From Macrostomum lignano (taxonomy: Eukaryota): DNA of 64,000 bases. The notes beneath the pieces were generated by a model. It was not told where the DNA came from and ran no database searches. It saw only the letters and a list, made by a program, of their open reading frames with translations. Location: the NCBI GenBank assembly GCA_002269645.1, contig NIVC01000955.1, positions 264,401 through 328,400 on the forward strand. The letters run 5' to 3'. Below are positions 35,237 to 52,124 of the stretch, in pieces. Each line of letters opens with the position of its first letter. The first letter of the stretch is position 1. A program made the translations under genes and the position numbers.

Positions 35237-38040
35237 CTCACATTTCAGACAACTGGGAATGTATATTTTAATATCTTACATAAGGCTATAGCTATAGGCT
35301 ATATCGCCTATATGACTTAATAGGATTTAAAGAGTTATTTTGTTTCATATTTTAAGGCAGTGCATAAAAAATAGCTTAAGCATGGTTAAGCCTTTAAAGA
35401 AAAATGGTTATAAGACCGCACCTAAACCGCACCTACTTCTTTAATTTCAGGGTGCGATTTTAAAATTTAGGGTGCATACGCACACTCTGCGCACAAAAAA
35501 AAAACCCTGGACTATCCTACCTACTGATCTCTTTTTTAGCACCATCTAATAACACATTGAGCCAAATTCCTTCCTAGCTTGTCAAGTGTGGCAGTCTTAA
35601 TGTGTGGTGGTCTTGGTCCAACACCTCTATATCCTAGGAGCTAGAAACAGCCAATCGGCCTAAAAGTTGAGAGAAATTAAAGTTACCTCTCCTTGTGTTG
35701 TATAAGCTAATTAAAGCTATAATAGGCATAGCCACTTTAGTAATTAGTTCAGTAATGGCCACTATAGTTTAGAAACATTACATACCATTTTATTTTTAGG
35801 CTTATTTTGCCAAATATATGAATAGAAATAAACAAATCCTTTGGGCTTTGTTAAAGATAAAAGTGGTCAAGAATTTTACTAAAATGGTTAATATGCTTTT
35901 ACCAAACCAAAGAGAAAAGTAGACTTTTAAAAGAATAGGTGGCACTCTTTACTTTTAAAGTATAATAATGTAATGCCATTAATTAGTCATTAAGTATAAA
36001 AATGCCTAAATTATATTGCCTACTATTTAAATAGCTATATACCATAGGCCCTAATAAAACATGTTTATAGTTATGAATCAATCACAAACAAATCTTTCAA
36101 TCTACGCCATACTGCGCACATTTGAATGAACAGCAAATTATTGTACTAGGCCTAAGAAAATAATTGAACGAGCGATTGTGCGAAAGTAAAAGATTACCCA
36201 TTTTTTATCATTCGTTTGACTTTGAAAATTATTTTGTAGTAATTTATATTTGCGTTAAATAACCTAATATATTCTGATTCAATGAATAAAGAGCACGACA
36301 ATGCTATGCATAGACCCTACCTACAATACAAGCAACGACAGTAGTACTCAAGCACAACAACAACACTTTCAAGACCTCGTGCTTGCTAACGGAGTCGAAA
36401 TTTCTTGTTCGTGAATTCTTTCTATGAAATGAGGTGAAATAACACTTCGTGGACTAGTTCTACTTCTAAGGATATAGCACCTCAAACATTTTCACGCACA
36501 ACTCTTAGTATAATATTTCGAAAGAGTCATAATTAGGGAAATTTTCTTTAATGCATTGCATTCGGTTATTTAGGATTATTTTAGTACATGTAGTAGTACA
36601 TATAAAACGTGAAATCCATCTGTAGAAAAAAGCTCACGTTGGTCATCATATAATTTTATATCTTGCCTAAAAAAGAGTAATGGTGGAACCTTCTGCACCA
36701 TTCGCTCACGGCTGGTTACTGATGTTGATGCTTTTATTATTTTTTTACGCGCAGCAACGCGCTGTAGGCCCAAACGTACGAATTCGTACGTAGATAACAT
36801 GCGATCGGTTTTAGTTTCGGGCCGGTTGTCTGCCCCGTCACTGCCCGTTATATATGTTGCTGTTCTAAAGCTCTACGCCTGTTCTAATAGGAGCGTGCAA
36901 TGCCAATCCTGTGAATCAGTTAATTTGACCGATTATTTTCACACGGGAAGCGTGGGCAACCCGCAGATCAGCTTAGGGAAGGGCTCTGCCGCTGGATATA
37001 TTGGGGGCTATACTGCCAGGGGCATAAAGCCCGAGAGACCCAGATTGGGGCTAGGACTCCATGGCTCCGCTGAATAACCTTATTGGGCGCTACAACCCCA
37101 AGTCCATGGACAAAGACACCGCCAACCCATAGTGGAATCAGGGGGACGGGTGCAAAGATGGTCCACCCAAGCCACGCCCCAACGACAAGTCCCGAGTGCG
37201 CGCGTGCAAAAAGATTGGAAACGAAAAACTTTTTGAGTTTTTCTGGAAAGCGGTCCGAGAGCAGGAAACTCGAAGTCTACGGAAATAGCTTTAAGATTGG
37301 AACGAGTCTGGACAGCTTATTTTCCAAGGGCGAGTCTCCTGTAAGGAGGCGGCAAGGTACGAGAAGCTCCCCCTATAGGGCTGCAAGCCAAGGCTTTTTC
37401 ACTATACCCAGCTCAAATAAGCCCAAGCCAAGGGGTGGGAGAAGGGGCACCATGGAGCAAGGGACACCGGACTCAGCCGGTATTCCCCGATTCGGGACGA
37501 ACATCAACCCCAGGACACCAATCCACTGTCAGAGATGAGAGCCAAGACACAATAAGCAGGGAGACAACCAGAGGAGCCAGCAGATGGACCAAGGGAGAGC
37601 AAGATGGACCAGAAGGGCAGAGCTCATAACTTTAAAGATTGGGCGGCTGAATTGCCAGGGATAAAACACAAAGCTTATAAAAGCACAAAGGAATAAAAAC
37701 AATAGAGAGGAGCACCTGAACCCTTATTCTGGGGCTCAGCCTCAGGGCTGGCATTCAACTGGGCTCTACCGTACATTTTTGTGAATGGTCGTCTTTCCTG
37801 CAGTCCCGATCTAGCCGCACTGCAGTCCAGAGTCATAATCACTCCAGGTACACCCCCCCCCTAAACCAATTGGCAGGGCCGAAATAATAGAAAAATAGAG
37901 GATCTTTTTTTGGATGTGTACATCACCTCCAGTGAGGACTTACTTGACTTACTTGACTTAGCTGCAGGGGGCTCCGTGCGTCCGGAAACAGCGAGGAGGC
38001 GTTGCCGCCCATTTCGCTAACCCCTGGCGACCACGGGCAG

Positions 38041-41772
<3,732 letters not shown>

Positions 41773-41780
41773 CTACCGGC

Positions 41781-43244
41781 TCAAGGCGAGTTGTGCAGGA
41801 GAGCTGCCTCTTCTGCCTCGCCGATATCACCAGGCTCCAGCTCCATGGGCTCCTCCCGGATGGTCTCCATGGTCGAGGGCGATGTCGCCACCAGGGCGGC
41901 ATTTTCGCTCTCGGCCCGGTTTTCCGGGGGGGGGGCGCAGTGGTGACACTGGGCTGGGTGTTGCTGCGGTTGTGGGCCTTGGCGGTGTCCAGCAGCTGCT
42001 TCGCGCGCTGAGTTAGACCAGAGCGGATAGTGTTCCGGGCGGGTTTCCGGCCCTTTCCACGTCCGCCTGTTGCTGCAGCTTTCGCGGCTTTCCCTCTGAC
42101 GGGGTCCACGTCCTCGGAGGGGTCGTGGCGACCGGGAGCTTCTTTTCCTGGGCGTTTCCGCCCGGCAGAGCCCCCGATCACCCGCTTACGCTTCTCCGGG
42201 GGCGGTGGACGGGTGGCGTCAGACTCAAAGCTAAAGAGCTGAATCTGCAACAGCCCGACAGAGATGACGGACATGTCCGGATAGCGGAGCATCCAGCTAT
42301 CCGACAGTCCAAGAATGGCCGTGAAACCATCTCCGCCCGGCTCGTAGGTGAACTACGACACCGTTGGCCGGTAGCTCCGGGTTGGAAGCCACCAGCAGGT
42401 GACGCAGCTCGTCGGCCTTGGTGATGCAGCTGCGAGCCGGAATCCAGGCACGGTGCCAGTGTGTCCGGGGTCGCTCGTCCTCCCTGTAGATGAACAGGTT
42501 CTCTAGCTCCGTACCCCAGTCGAAGGTTTTCAGCAGCTCGAGGAGCTGCTGTCCTGACTGGCTGTCGGCGGGCTGGATATGGAGGGCTTGGTCCTCGACT
42601 TTCGTCTTTTGGACTGGAATGGTGGTGCCGCTCAAGGCCATCTTGACCAGGTGGGAGTCCAACCTGCGCCAGATAAGGTCGAGCTGTTCGGCCGTAAGGG
42701 GCGTCTCCTGGCCTTGGATAACCAGGGCCGGCTGCCTCTTGGCCATAGCCGCGTAGGTTCGCTTCGGCTTTGTGGTTTGGCCAGCGCCCCCCGCTTTGGA
42801 TCCCTCCACAGCCGTGGGAGCTTCCACACGGGCAGAGGTCCGGTCACGGGAGGGGCCAGCCGCACCAGGAGCTTCGGCGGCACCTGACGCATCTGACCGG
42901 CGCGCGGAGTCCACCCCCTTGTCGGATGTCGGCTCCTCCGCGGGGTTCGCAGAGTTACCGGCACCCTCCTCGGAGGTGGGCGGAGGGGCGGCTTTCGCAT
43001 TCCTCCGTTCCTCCGCTTTGCGCTGGAGAAAGGCTTTGTAGCGAGCAATGCTACGGGCCTTCTTTTTCGAAATCTGAGGTCTGCTGTCTTGTCCAGCCAC
43101 TCTGGTATTATCCTGAGCGGCGGCAGCGGCAGATTGAGAGGCACCGGGGGTTCCGGTGTTGCGAATGTCCGGCTGGGCCGCGGTATCAACCTCGGTTGGT
43201 GCTCCAGCAGCCTCGGACGTGATGGATGTAAGTGAATACTCCAT
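41781..43244 (-). pseudogene. LINE-A ORF1 (gag-like), two frameshifts
   Basis: ATG at 43244; low-complexity N-terminus, RTYAAMAK..FDWG central domain, basic tail. Frames join near 42350 and at the G-run near 41930; stop TGA at 41781-41783. Confidence 0.75.
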
Positions 43245-45617
43245 GAGTCGCTGAAAGGCGAATGGGGACTAGAGGTGAGAAGCTGCTGGGCCGTAACCCC
43301 AAACCCAACAACCAGGCCAAGAGTTAGCGACCGGGGGTGGCTTAAGCCCGTACCGGCCCGACCGCTAGCAACCGAGAAACTCCTCGGCTAAGAGCCCGGC
43401 TTGGAAAAACCAGAGGCCGAACCAAAGGACCATCAGCACGGTACTACACTGGGCCCTTGAGGGAAGCAGGAGGACTGCCTCCGGAGCCTGCGGACTGGCC
43501 GCATACCCTGTTAAGGTCAGAGGGTGGTACCTGTTCCTCAGAGCCGTGGCCAGAGGTACCTGATACGCGCAGGTTCACTTCCGGGCGGAGCCCGTACCCA
43601 ACTTGGCCAGCAGGCCACGGGTGGGTTGCCGCCGCCGGAGCCCAGTCAGTCCAGCAGCCCTAGAGCTGCCTTGAACACATGCGGGGCGTGAACCCCTGGG
43701 TCGGCTTGCGAGTCAGCTTGGAGAGAGTTCTCCTGCCATTCCTGCACCAGAATAGAGGGGGTGCAGGTGTGTAGGATCGCAGACCTTAGCTTGTAGGCCT
43801 AGTCTGTCTCATGCTACACAGGCGTGCTGAACCCGCCTTGCATGCTCCGGTGAGGACACTTAGATATGGAGCTACCCGAAGGGCAGGTCAATTGGATTGT
43901 GCACAACCCGAGAAATGCCGCCAGAAGGCAGCCGGGATAAAAACAGTCAGAGACCGTCTTACATAACACTAGTTACATACCAAGTAATTTCCCATTCTGG
44001 TTCGCTTACACAATACAATGTATTCTTCGTAAAAAGATTCGATGCAGTAAGTATTCATTTCCATAAGTCATATAGCCACAAATTTGGAAAAATTAGTAGA
44101 CACAATTTGAGCCGTCTGCAATTGACTTTGTTAGTAGGTTTTAACATATCCAGGGTGAAATTAAATGCTGCAATTAGGATGCAGCGCAAAAATTTTATTA
44201 GCAAATAATAATTATTGTTGGATATTGGATTACTGTTTTAGAATTTCTTGGATTGGACACTATATCGAATAGTTAGAGTCCCGGTTAATTTGTGAATATA
44301 GTTAAATCCCATGCATTTATTAAAAATGCAGCCCTGATGTACATATTAAAAATTTCAATGTCGTTCGTTAAATTTTCAGGCCAACGGCCAGTACTGTGGA
44401 TACTAATAGCACTGGACCGTGTTTGGTTGCACCGCGGTGATCCTTGCTGATTACAAATACTGAACTCCAATGCAGGCGATAGGGTGGAACACGCGCCAGC
44501 ACACCCTGTATCTACGACGTCTCTTGCTGACAGCGGCGCCCTTCAGGCCCTCTTCAGATGGCTTCAGTTTAGGCAGAAGAGCCTCGACCTGATCTTCAGT
44601 GGTCGTTGTGTCGTAGGACTCGGTGTCCATCGTCTGGAACCAAACGCGGGAGGAATGAAGCCTGCATATGCAGTTGTTAGTAATCAATGCTATTTTTAGA
44701 AAAAATTACGTTTCTAAACGCGCATTTGTTACCGTTTCAAAGTCGTTCCAGAGCGAAGAGCCAGCTGACTGCGGCGGGGCTACGGCAGTCAGAAATAGCA
44801 GCGCTAGGAGCAGGTCAGTATGCATTTAATTCAGTGCAAATTTTAAATCTACTATACGGGCCGATCTTCTTCCGGTGCTGGTCGTTGCAATTTTTCGGAG
44901 CGCAGCGCATGCACAGCTTTTTATCAATTTTTAACGCAATCAGCTATGAGTCGCAGGTGGCTTTTAGAATCTCTTCAACTAAAATGCGAGAATTCAGGAC
45001 TTCTTTGTGTCCGGAAATCATCTTCTTTTCTTGTTTGCCTGGAAAAGCTGCATAAAACAAGAATTATTGAGATAAATAGCTGAAGACGGCAGGTGGTGGA
45101 ACTGCTTTTCACAGAGAAATAATTGCGCAATTTCTTACCAAAAGTAAAAGCAAAAATCAAAGCCATCGGTGCTGAAGATTTTTTTCTCTGTAAACTGCGT
45201 TGTCGTCAAGCAAAGTGGTGGGATCTAACCATTTTTATATATTTTACAGCAAACTTAGAAATGACTAGCAATCTAGCGCCCCCCTTCGGGGTGGCCAATA
45301 AGCAAGGGACGAATCCTTTAAAATGAAAAAAAAATTCTTAGGGAGGGGGGCTAGGAATCGAATTCTCATTTTAATTCCAGGCTTATGTACCAATAAAACA
45401 TGTTTGTGCAGAATTTTATAACAGACATTGAAATTCAACCATACTTGCCTTCTTTCAGAGCTACTTCTACCAGTATGCTTCAGTACGCTACCAGTACCCT
45501 TGCAAGCCTTGACATGTCAGCAATCCCCCCCCCCACAAGCCTTAACATATCAACTCCCCCTTGACATCTCAGCGATGCTCCCATAAGCCTTGAAATCTTA
45601 AAAAATCTGTCTACTTT

Positions 45618-45657
45618 CTAACCCTAACCCTAACCCTAACCCTAACCCTAACCCTAA
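45618..45657 (-). repeat. Interstitial telomeric repeat, ~6.5 x TTAGGG
   Basis: (CTAACC)6 plus CTAA on the plus strand. Confidence 0.85.
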
Positions 45658-46499
45658 AGCATTGAAATTTCAGTAATTCTCTCTAAGAGTCATTATAGCA
45701 CTACTACAGCATTATAGCGATTCCCTGCAAGCCTCGACATCGTAGGGATTCCCAAATGAATCTCTTAACTTCGACATGAAGCTTCTTTTTTTTACATTAC
45801 GCTTTTTCTATCAGCGATCCCTCCCGTGAGGAGCCAACAAATAATGTAATAACTTTTTTCCAATAAACTACATGTAGCTTCTGACATTAGCCTTGACATC
45901 TCATTTATTCCCCCGTGAGCCTTGACATCTCAGCTATAGATAGATAGATAGATAGATTCCCCTCGTAAGCCTTGACATGTCAGCGATGCCCCCCCATAAA
46001 CCTTGAAATCTAAAAAATCCCCTGTTAACCTTGAAACGCGCTAAAATCTAACCCTCAACCCAAACCTGACGTAAACCTAACTTTCACCCAACCTAAAGCC
46101 TTGAAATCACAGCAATTCTTCTTCCCTAAGCCTTGGCATTTAAGTGATTCCTTCTTTAAGAATCACAGCACTATAACGATTCCCTCCAAGCTTTGACATC
46201 GTAGCAATTCCCAAATGAATCTTTTAACTTTGACATGACTTTTATTTTATGTATACATAGTGCTCCTTTTATTTTTACATGACTCTTCTTCTATCAGCGC
46301 CCCCCCCACCGTGGCAAGCCAACAAAGAATGCAATAAAAAAACTTAAGTAAAGTACATGTACTTTGAAGTAGCTTCTGACTTTTGCTTTAACATCTCAGA
46401 AACCCCCCTGTAATCTCAGTTATTCTCTGTGAGCCTTGACGTCTCAGTGATTCTCCCCAGCACAGCACTATAGCTTCATTTAATTTTTATGACACTTGT

Positions 46500-46815
46500 T
46501 TCATGTCTGACATGACGCTTCTTTTGATTTTTACGTTACGCTTCTTTTATTCTTCCATGATGCTTCTTAATTTTTTAAATGACACACTTTCATTAGTTTT
46601 TATAGGAGGCTTCTATGATTTTTTCATGACGCTTCTATGTTAACATGACGCTTCTATGCTTGTTTACATGACGCTTTTATGATTGTTTACATGACGCTTC
46701 TATGATTGTTTACATGACGCTTGTATGATTGTTTACATGACGCTTCTATGATTTTTTACATGACGCTTCTATGATTTTTACATGACGCTTCTATGATTTT
46801 TACATGACGCTTCCA
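46500..46815. repeat. ~22-bp minisatellite (CATGACGCTTCTATGATTTTTA) in H1
   Basis: Direct tandem copies. Confidence 0.88.
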
Positions 46816-46864
46816 TAATTTTTTTTTGTCTTGGCGTTAAAAAGCTTTAATTAAAAAAACTCTA

Positions 46865-46933
46865 CTCTCTAAAAATTCGAACCATCGTCCCTGCATTTAG
46901 CAGTTTAGTCTGTTTACCTCTAGGCTAGCTCTC
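46865..46933 (-). other. tRNA-like (Pol III promoter-like) module, degenerate
   Basis: GAGAGCTAGCCTAGAGG...CTGCTAAATGCAG...GGTTCGAAT followed by a T-run. Confidence 0.6.
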
Positions 46934-46969
46934 ATGAATTTTAGTCATTATCCCTAAATAGAAAATATT

Positions 46970-47200
46970 CCCAAGACAGCAAGCATCCCCCAGTAGCAAG
47001 CATCCCCTAATACTCCTAGCAAGCATCCACCCAGATAGCAAGCATCTGCAGATAGCAAGCATCTGCAGATAGCAAGCATCTTGCAGATAGCAAGCATCTT
47101 GCAGATAGCAAGCATACCCCAAATAATGTAGAAGCATCCTTCCAGATAGCAAGCATCCTGCACATAGCAAGAATCCCTAAATAGCAAGCATCCCTGGATA
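46970..47200. repeat. ~18-bp minisatellite (CAGATAGCAAGCATC...) in H1
   Basis: Same unit as 48965-49410. Confidence 0.88.
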
Positions 47201-47224
47201 GAAATAATCCTATACATGTAGCCA

Positions 47225-48182
47225 AGCTTATCAAGCGCAGTAATCCTTGGCTATCGAGTGCAGTAATTCTTGGTTTGCCAAGTGCAGTAAGTAATCCTTG
47301 GTTTATTAATAGCAATAATCCATGGCTTATGAGTGCAGTAATCCTTAGTTTATTAATAGCAATAATCCTTGGCTTATCGAGTGCAGTAATCCTTGGTTTA
47401 TTAATAGCAATAATCCTTGGCTTATCGAGTGCAGTAATCCTTGGTTTATTAATAGCAATAATCCATGCCTTATCGAGTGCAGTAATCCTTGGTTTATTAA
47501 TAGCAATAATCCTTGGCTTATCGAGTGCAGTAATCCTTGGTTTATTAATAGCAATAATCCTTGGCTTATCGAGTGCAGTAATCCTTGGTTTGTTAATAGC
47601 AATAATCCTTGATTAATCAAGTGCAGTAATCCTTGGTTTGCCAAGAGCAATAGTCCTTGGTTTATTGAGTGCAGTAATCCTTGGTTTATTAATAGCAATA
47701 ATCCTTGGCTTATCGAGTGCAGTAATCCTTGGTTTGCCAAGTGCATAATCCTTGGTTTATTAATAGCAATAATCCTTGGCTTATCGAGTGCAGTAATCCT
47801 TGGTTTATTAATAGCAATAATCCTTGGTTTATCGAGTGCATTAATCCTTGGTTTATTAATAGCAATAATCCTTGGCTTATCGAGTGCAGTAATCCTTGGT
47901 TTATTAATAGCAATAATCCATGGCTTATCGAGTGCAGTAATCCTTGGTTTATTAATAGCAATAATCCATGGCTTATCGAGTGCAGTAATTCATGGTTTAT
48001 TAATAGCAATAATCCTTGGCTTATCGAGTGCAGTAATCCTTGGTTTATTAATAGCAATAATCCTTGGCTTATCGAGTGCAGTAATCCTTGGTTTATTAAT
48101 AGCAATAATCCTTGGCTTATCGAGTGCAGTATTCCTTGGTTTGCCAAGAGCAATAATCCTTAGCTTATCGAGTGCAGTAATC
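47225..48182. repeat. ~48-bp composite minisatellite (GAGTGCAGTAATCCTTGGTTTATTAATAGCAATAATCCTTGGCTTATC) in H1
   Basis: Direct tandem copies. Confidence 0.93.
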
Positions 48183-48234
48183 TAAGTGTTTTTATTTAGT
48201 CCTTTAATAAAAGCTTTTAATAAAAAATTTTACA

Positions 48235-48304
48235 CTACTACTTAGATTCGAACCCAGGTCGCTGCATTAGCAGTCTGGTCTGTTCTGCTCTAGGCTAGCT
48301 CTCA
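48235..48304 (-). other. tRNA-like (Pol III promoter-like) module
   Basis: GAGAGCTAGCCTAGAGCAG...GACTGCTAATGCAGCGACCTGGGTTCGAATCT followed by TTTTTT; the anticodon-loop region resembles tRNA-Ser(GCT), but there is no proper acceptor stem. Confidence 0.65.
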
Positions 48305-48964
48305 TCGAAGTTATCAGTGAATTTGTACCACTTATATAATTCAACACTCACACCAAGTCAGGTAGAGTAAAAAGTCACGCGAAGCAGTTATGACATAATC
48401 AATTTCTTAGGCAAGTCAGTACCAGTGCCTATGAAAGCTAACAATATGGTTACGTAATATAAATTCAGTACTGCACTATGCTTTCACACTCAAAGCTGTG
48501 ACGCAATTCAATTGAGTGTCAAATTCAGCCAGTACACAGACGATAAATAAAAAGTATTGTGATGCAATCTATTTCAGAATCAGAATTCAACCAGTCAGTT
48601 TTTTCTCTAGCATTTTTACAGTGCGTTTCAAGTCGAAATAGCTGCTTGACCTTTGCAAAAAAGCATGTTTTTCGAATATTTAATCCCTTTAGCATCGAGC
48701 AATTTCTTAGCCACGATGCATGTACCGTCACGGAAAAATTTCTGATCGAATGGTGCAAGTTTGAAGAAAATCGGTTGAGCCATTTTTGCTAAAATCGATC
48801 ACACACACATATACCGACAGACCATTTTTAGTATATGGACTAGCAATCTTCGCCCCCCGTTGGGGGACATCTGTATAGAACCTCTGTTCTCTACAAGTAA
48901 CAAAAAGATAGCCAAAAAAGGCCTTCACAAAAAAAAACAGACAAAATACTCAAAGGAAGCAAAA

Positions 48965-49410
48965 AGAAATCATCCCAAGACAGCAAGCATCCCCCAGATA
49001 GCAAGCATCTTCCAGATTACAAGCAACCCCCAGATAGCAAGCATCCCCCAGATAGCAAGCATCCCCCAGATAGCAAGCATCCCCCAGATAGCAAGCATCC
49101 GCCAGATAGCAAGCATCTTCCAGATAGCAAGCATCCGCCAGATAGCAAGCATCTTCCAGATTACAAGCAACCCCCAGATAGCAAGCATCCCCAGATAGCA
49201 AGCATCCCCCAGATAGCAAGCATCCCCCAGATAGCAAGCATCCCCCAGATAGCAAGCATCCGCCAGATAGCAGGCATCTTCCAGATTACAAGCAACCCCC
49301 AGATAGCAAGCATCCCCCAGATAGCAAGCATCCCCCAGATAGCAAGCATCCGCCAGATAGCAAGCATCCCCTACATAGATAGCATCCCCAAATAGCAAGC
49401 ATCCACCAGA
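48965..49410. repeat. 18-19-bp minisatellite (CAGATAGCAAGCATCCCC) in H2
   Basis: Direct tandem copies. Confidence 0.92.
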
Positions 49411-49489
49411 CAATAAGTAGCTAGTGCGATAATTTCCTTAGCATTATAGTGGCTCCTTTAAAATTCGCTTACTTTTATGTTTGAAATTG

Positions 49490-52085
49490 TGTAAATTTTA
49501 TGTTTGACATGGTGGCTGTTTTAAGTTCTACATGGCAACTGTTTTATGTTTGAAACGATGGCTTTTTAATGTCAGACATGGTGGCTCTTTTATGTTTGAC
49601 ATGGTGCCTCTTTATTGTTTGACATGGTGGCTCTTTAATGTTTAACCTGGTGGCTCTTTTATGTTTGAAACAGTGGCTCTTTTATGTTTGACACAGTGAC
49701 TCTTTAATGTTCGACAAAGTGGCTATTTAATGTTTGACAAGGTGGCTTTTAAATGTTTGACATGGTGGCTCCTTAATGTTCGAGAAAGTGGCTCTTTAAT
49801 GTTTTTCATGGTATAGCTCTTTTATGTTCGACATGGTGGCTCTTTTAGGTTTGACATGGTGGCTCTTTTAGGTTTGACATGGTGGCTCTTTTAGGTTTGA
49901 CATGGTGGCTCTTAAATGTTTGACATGGTGGCTCTTAAATGTTTGACATGGTGGCTCTTTAATGTTCGAGATAGTGGCTCTTTAATTTTTTTCATGGTAT
50001 AGCTCTTTTATGTTCGACATGGTGGCTCTTTTAGGTTTGACATGGTGGCTCTTTTATGTTCGACATGGTGGCTCTTTTAGGTTTGACATGGTGGCTCTTT
50101 TAGGTTTGACATGGTGGCTCTTAAATGTTTGACATGGTGGCTCTTAAATGTTTGACATGGTGACTCTTTAATGTTTCAAATGGTGGCTCTTTAATGTTTT
50201 ACGTGGTGGCTCTTAAATGTTTGACATGGTGGCTCTTAAATGTTTGACATGGTAGCTCTTTAATATTCTACATTGTGGCTCTTAAGTGTTCGAAATTGTG
50301 GATCTTTTAGGTTTGACATGATGGCTGTTTAATGTTCAACATAGTGGCTCTTTTATGTTTAACATGGTGGCTCTTAAATGTTTGACATGGTGGCTCTTTA
50401 ATGTTCGAAATGGTGGCTCTTTTGTTTTACATGGTGGCTCTTTAATGTTTGACATGGTGGCTCTTTAATGTTTGACATAAAGTCACTTATATGTTCGAAA
50501 TGGTGGCTCTTTTAGGTTTGACATGGTGGCTCTTTTAGGTTTAACATGGTGGCTCTTTTAGGTTTAACATGGTGGCTCTTTTAGGTTTAACATGGTGGCT
50601 CTTTTAGGTTTAACATGGTGGCTCTTAAATGTTCGACATGGTGGCTCTTTAATGTTCGACATGGTGGCTCTTTAATATTCTTCATGTTATAGCTCTTTCA
50701 TGTTTGACATGGTGGCTCTTTTATGGTCGACATGGTGGCTCTTTAATGTTCGAAATGGTGGCTCTTTAATGTTCGAAATAGTGGCTCTTTCATTTTCGAC
50801 ATGGTGGCTCTTTATGTTTGACATGTTGGCTCTTTTATGTTTGACATGTTGGCTCTTTTATGTTTGACATGGTGGATATTTAATGTTCAAAATAGTGGCT
50901 CTTTTATGGTCGACATGGTGGCTCTTTAATGTTCGAAATGGTGGCTCTTTAATGTTCGAAATAGTGGCTCTTTTATTTTCGACATGGTGGCTCTTTTAGG
51001 TTTGACATGGTGGCTCTTTTATGTTCGACATGGTGGCTCTTTAATGTTTGACATGGTGGCTCTTTAATGTTTTACATGGTAGCTCTGTTATGTCCGAAAT
51101 GATGGCTCTTTAATGTTTGACATAAAGTCACATATATGTTTGACATGGTGGCTCTTAAATGTTTGACATGGTGGCTCTTTATGTTTGACATGTTGGCTCT
51201 TTTATGTTCGAAATGGTGGCTCTTTTTTGTTCTACATGTTAACTCTTTTTATTTGATACGGTGGCTTTTTTAATGTCTGACATGTTGGCTCTTTAATGTT
51301 CGACAAAGTGGCTCCTAAATGTTTGACATAGTGGCTCTTCAATGTTTGACAATGTAACTTTTGAATGTTTGACATGGTGGCTCTTTAATGTTTGACATGG
51401 TAGCTCTGTTATGTTCGACATGGTGGCTCTTCTAGGTTTGACAATGTGGCTCTTTAATGTTTCACATGGTGGCTCTTTAATGTTTTACATGGTGGCTCTT
51501 TTATGTTTAACTTGGTAGCTCTTTGTTATTTTACATGGCAGCTCTTTTATGTTCGACATGGTGGCTCTTTAATATTCTTCATGTTATAGCTCTTTCATGT
51601 TTGACATGGTGGCTCTTTAATGTTCGAAATGGTGGCTCTTTAATGTTTAACACAAAGTCACATATATGTTTGACATGGTGGCTCTTAAATGTTTGACATG
51701 GTGGCTCTTTATGTTTGACATGTTGGCTCTTTTATGTTTGACATGTTGGCTCTTTTATGTTTGACATGGTGGCTCTTTAATGTTCGAAAAAGTGGCTCCT
51801 AAATGTTTGACATAGTGGCTCTTTGATGTTCGAAATAGTGACTCTTTTATTTTCGACATGGTGGCTCTTTAATGTTCGAAATGGTGGCTGTTTAATGTTA
51901 GAAATGGTGGCTCTTTTATGTTTGACATAAAGTCACTTATATGTTTTATATGGTGCCTCTTAAATATTAGACATGGTGGCTCGTTTAGGTTTGACATGGT
52001 GGCTCTTTAATATTCGATATGTTAGCTCTTTTATGTTCGACATGGTGGCTCTTCTATGTTTGACATTGCGCTTCTTTTATGTTTA
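49490..52085. repeat. ~22-bp minisatellite (TTTGACATGGTGGCTCTTT.ATG), 2.6 kb, in H2
   Basis: About 115 divergent copies. Confidence 0.95.
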
Positions 52086-52124
52086 GAAGTTTTGTGTTTT
52101 TAAGGTGTTTTAATAAAAAAAAAT

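Larger units (their letters stand above)
32644..35509. mobile_element. Non-autonomous hAT-type DNA transposon
   Basis: Termini C[T/A]GGGTTTTTTT / AAAAAACCCTG; 8-bp TSD GGCTATCC (32636-32643) / GACTATCC (35510-35517); subterminal GGTGCGATTTT at both ends; possible decayed dimerisation-domain remnant (..RRDWKA*QYIRNRL) on the minus strand near 33620-33720. Confidence 0.75.
32527..35619. mobile_element. Old MITE-like element with ~32-bp inverted repeats, split by a hAT insertion
   Basis: GACTAAGACCACCACACACCAGGACTGCCACA (from 32527) versus TGTGGCAGTCTTAATGTGTGGTGGTCTTGGTC (to 35619). No TSD was resolved. Confidence 0.55.
45265..48839 (-). mobile_element. Non-autonomous Helitron H1 (3.6 kb) with internal satellites
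   Basis: Minus strand starts TCCATATACTAAAAA and ends with a GC hairpin (GCCACCCCGAAGGGGGGC), a 9-nt spacer and CTAG followed by T. Confidence 0.82.
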
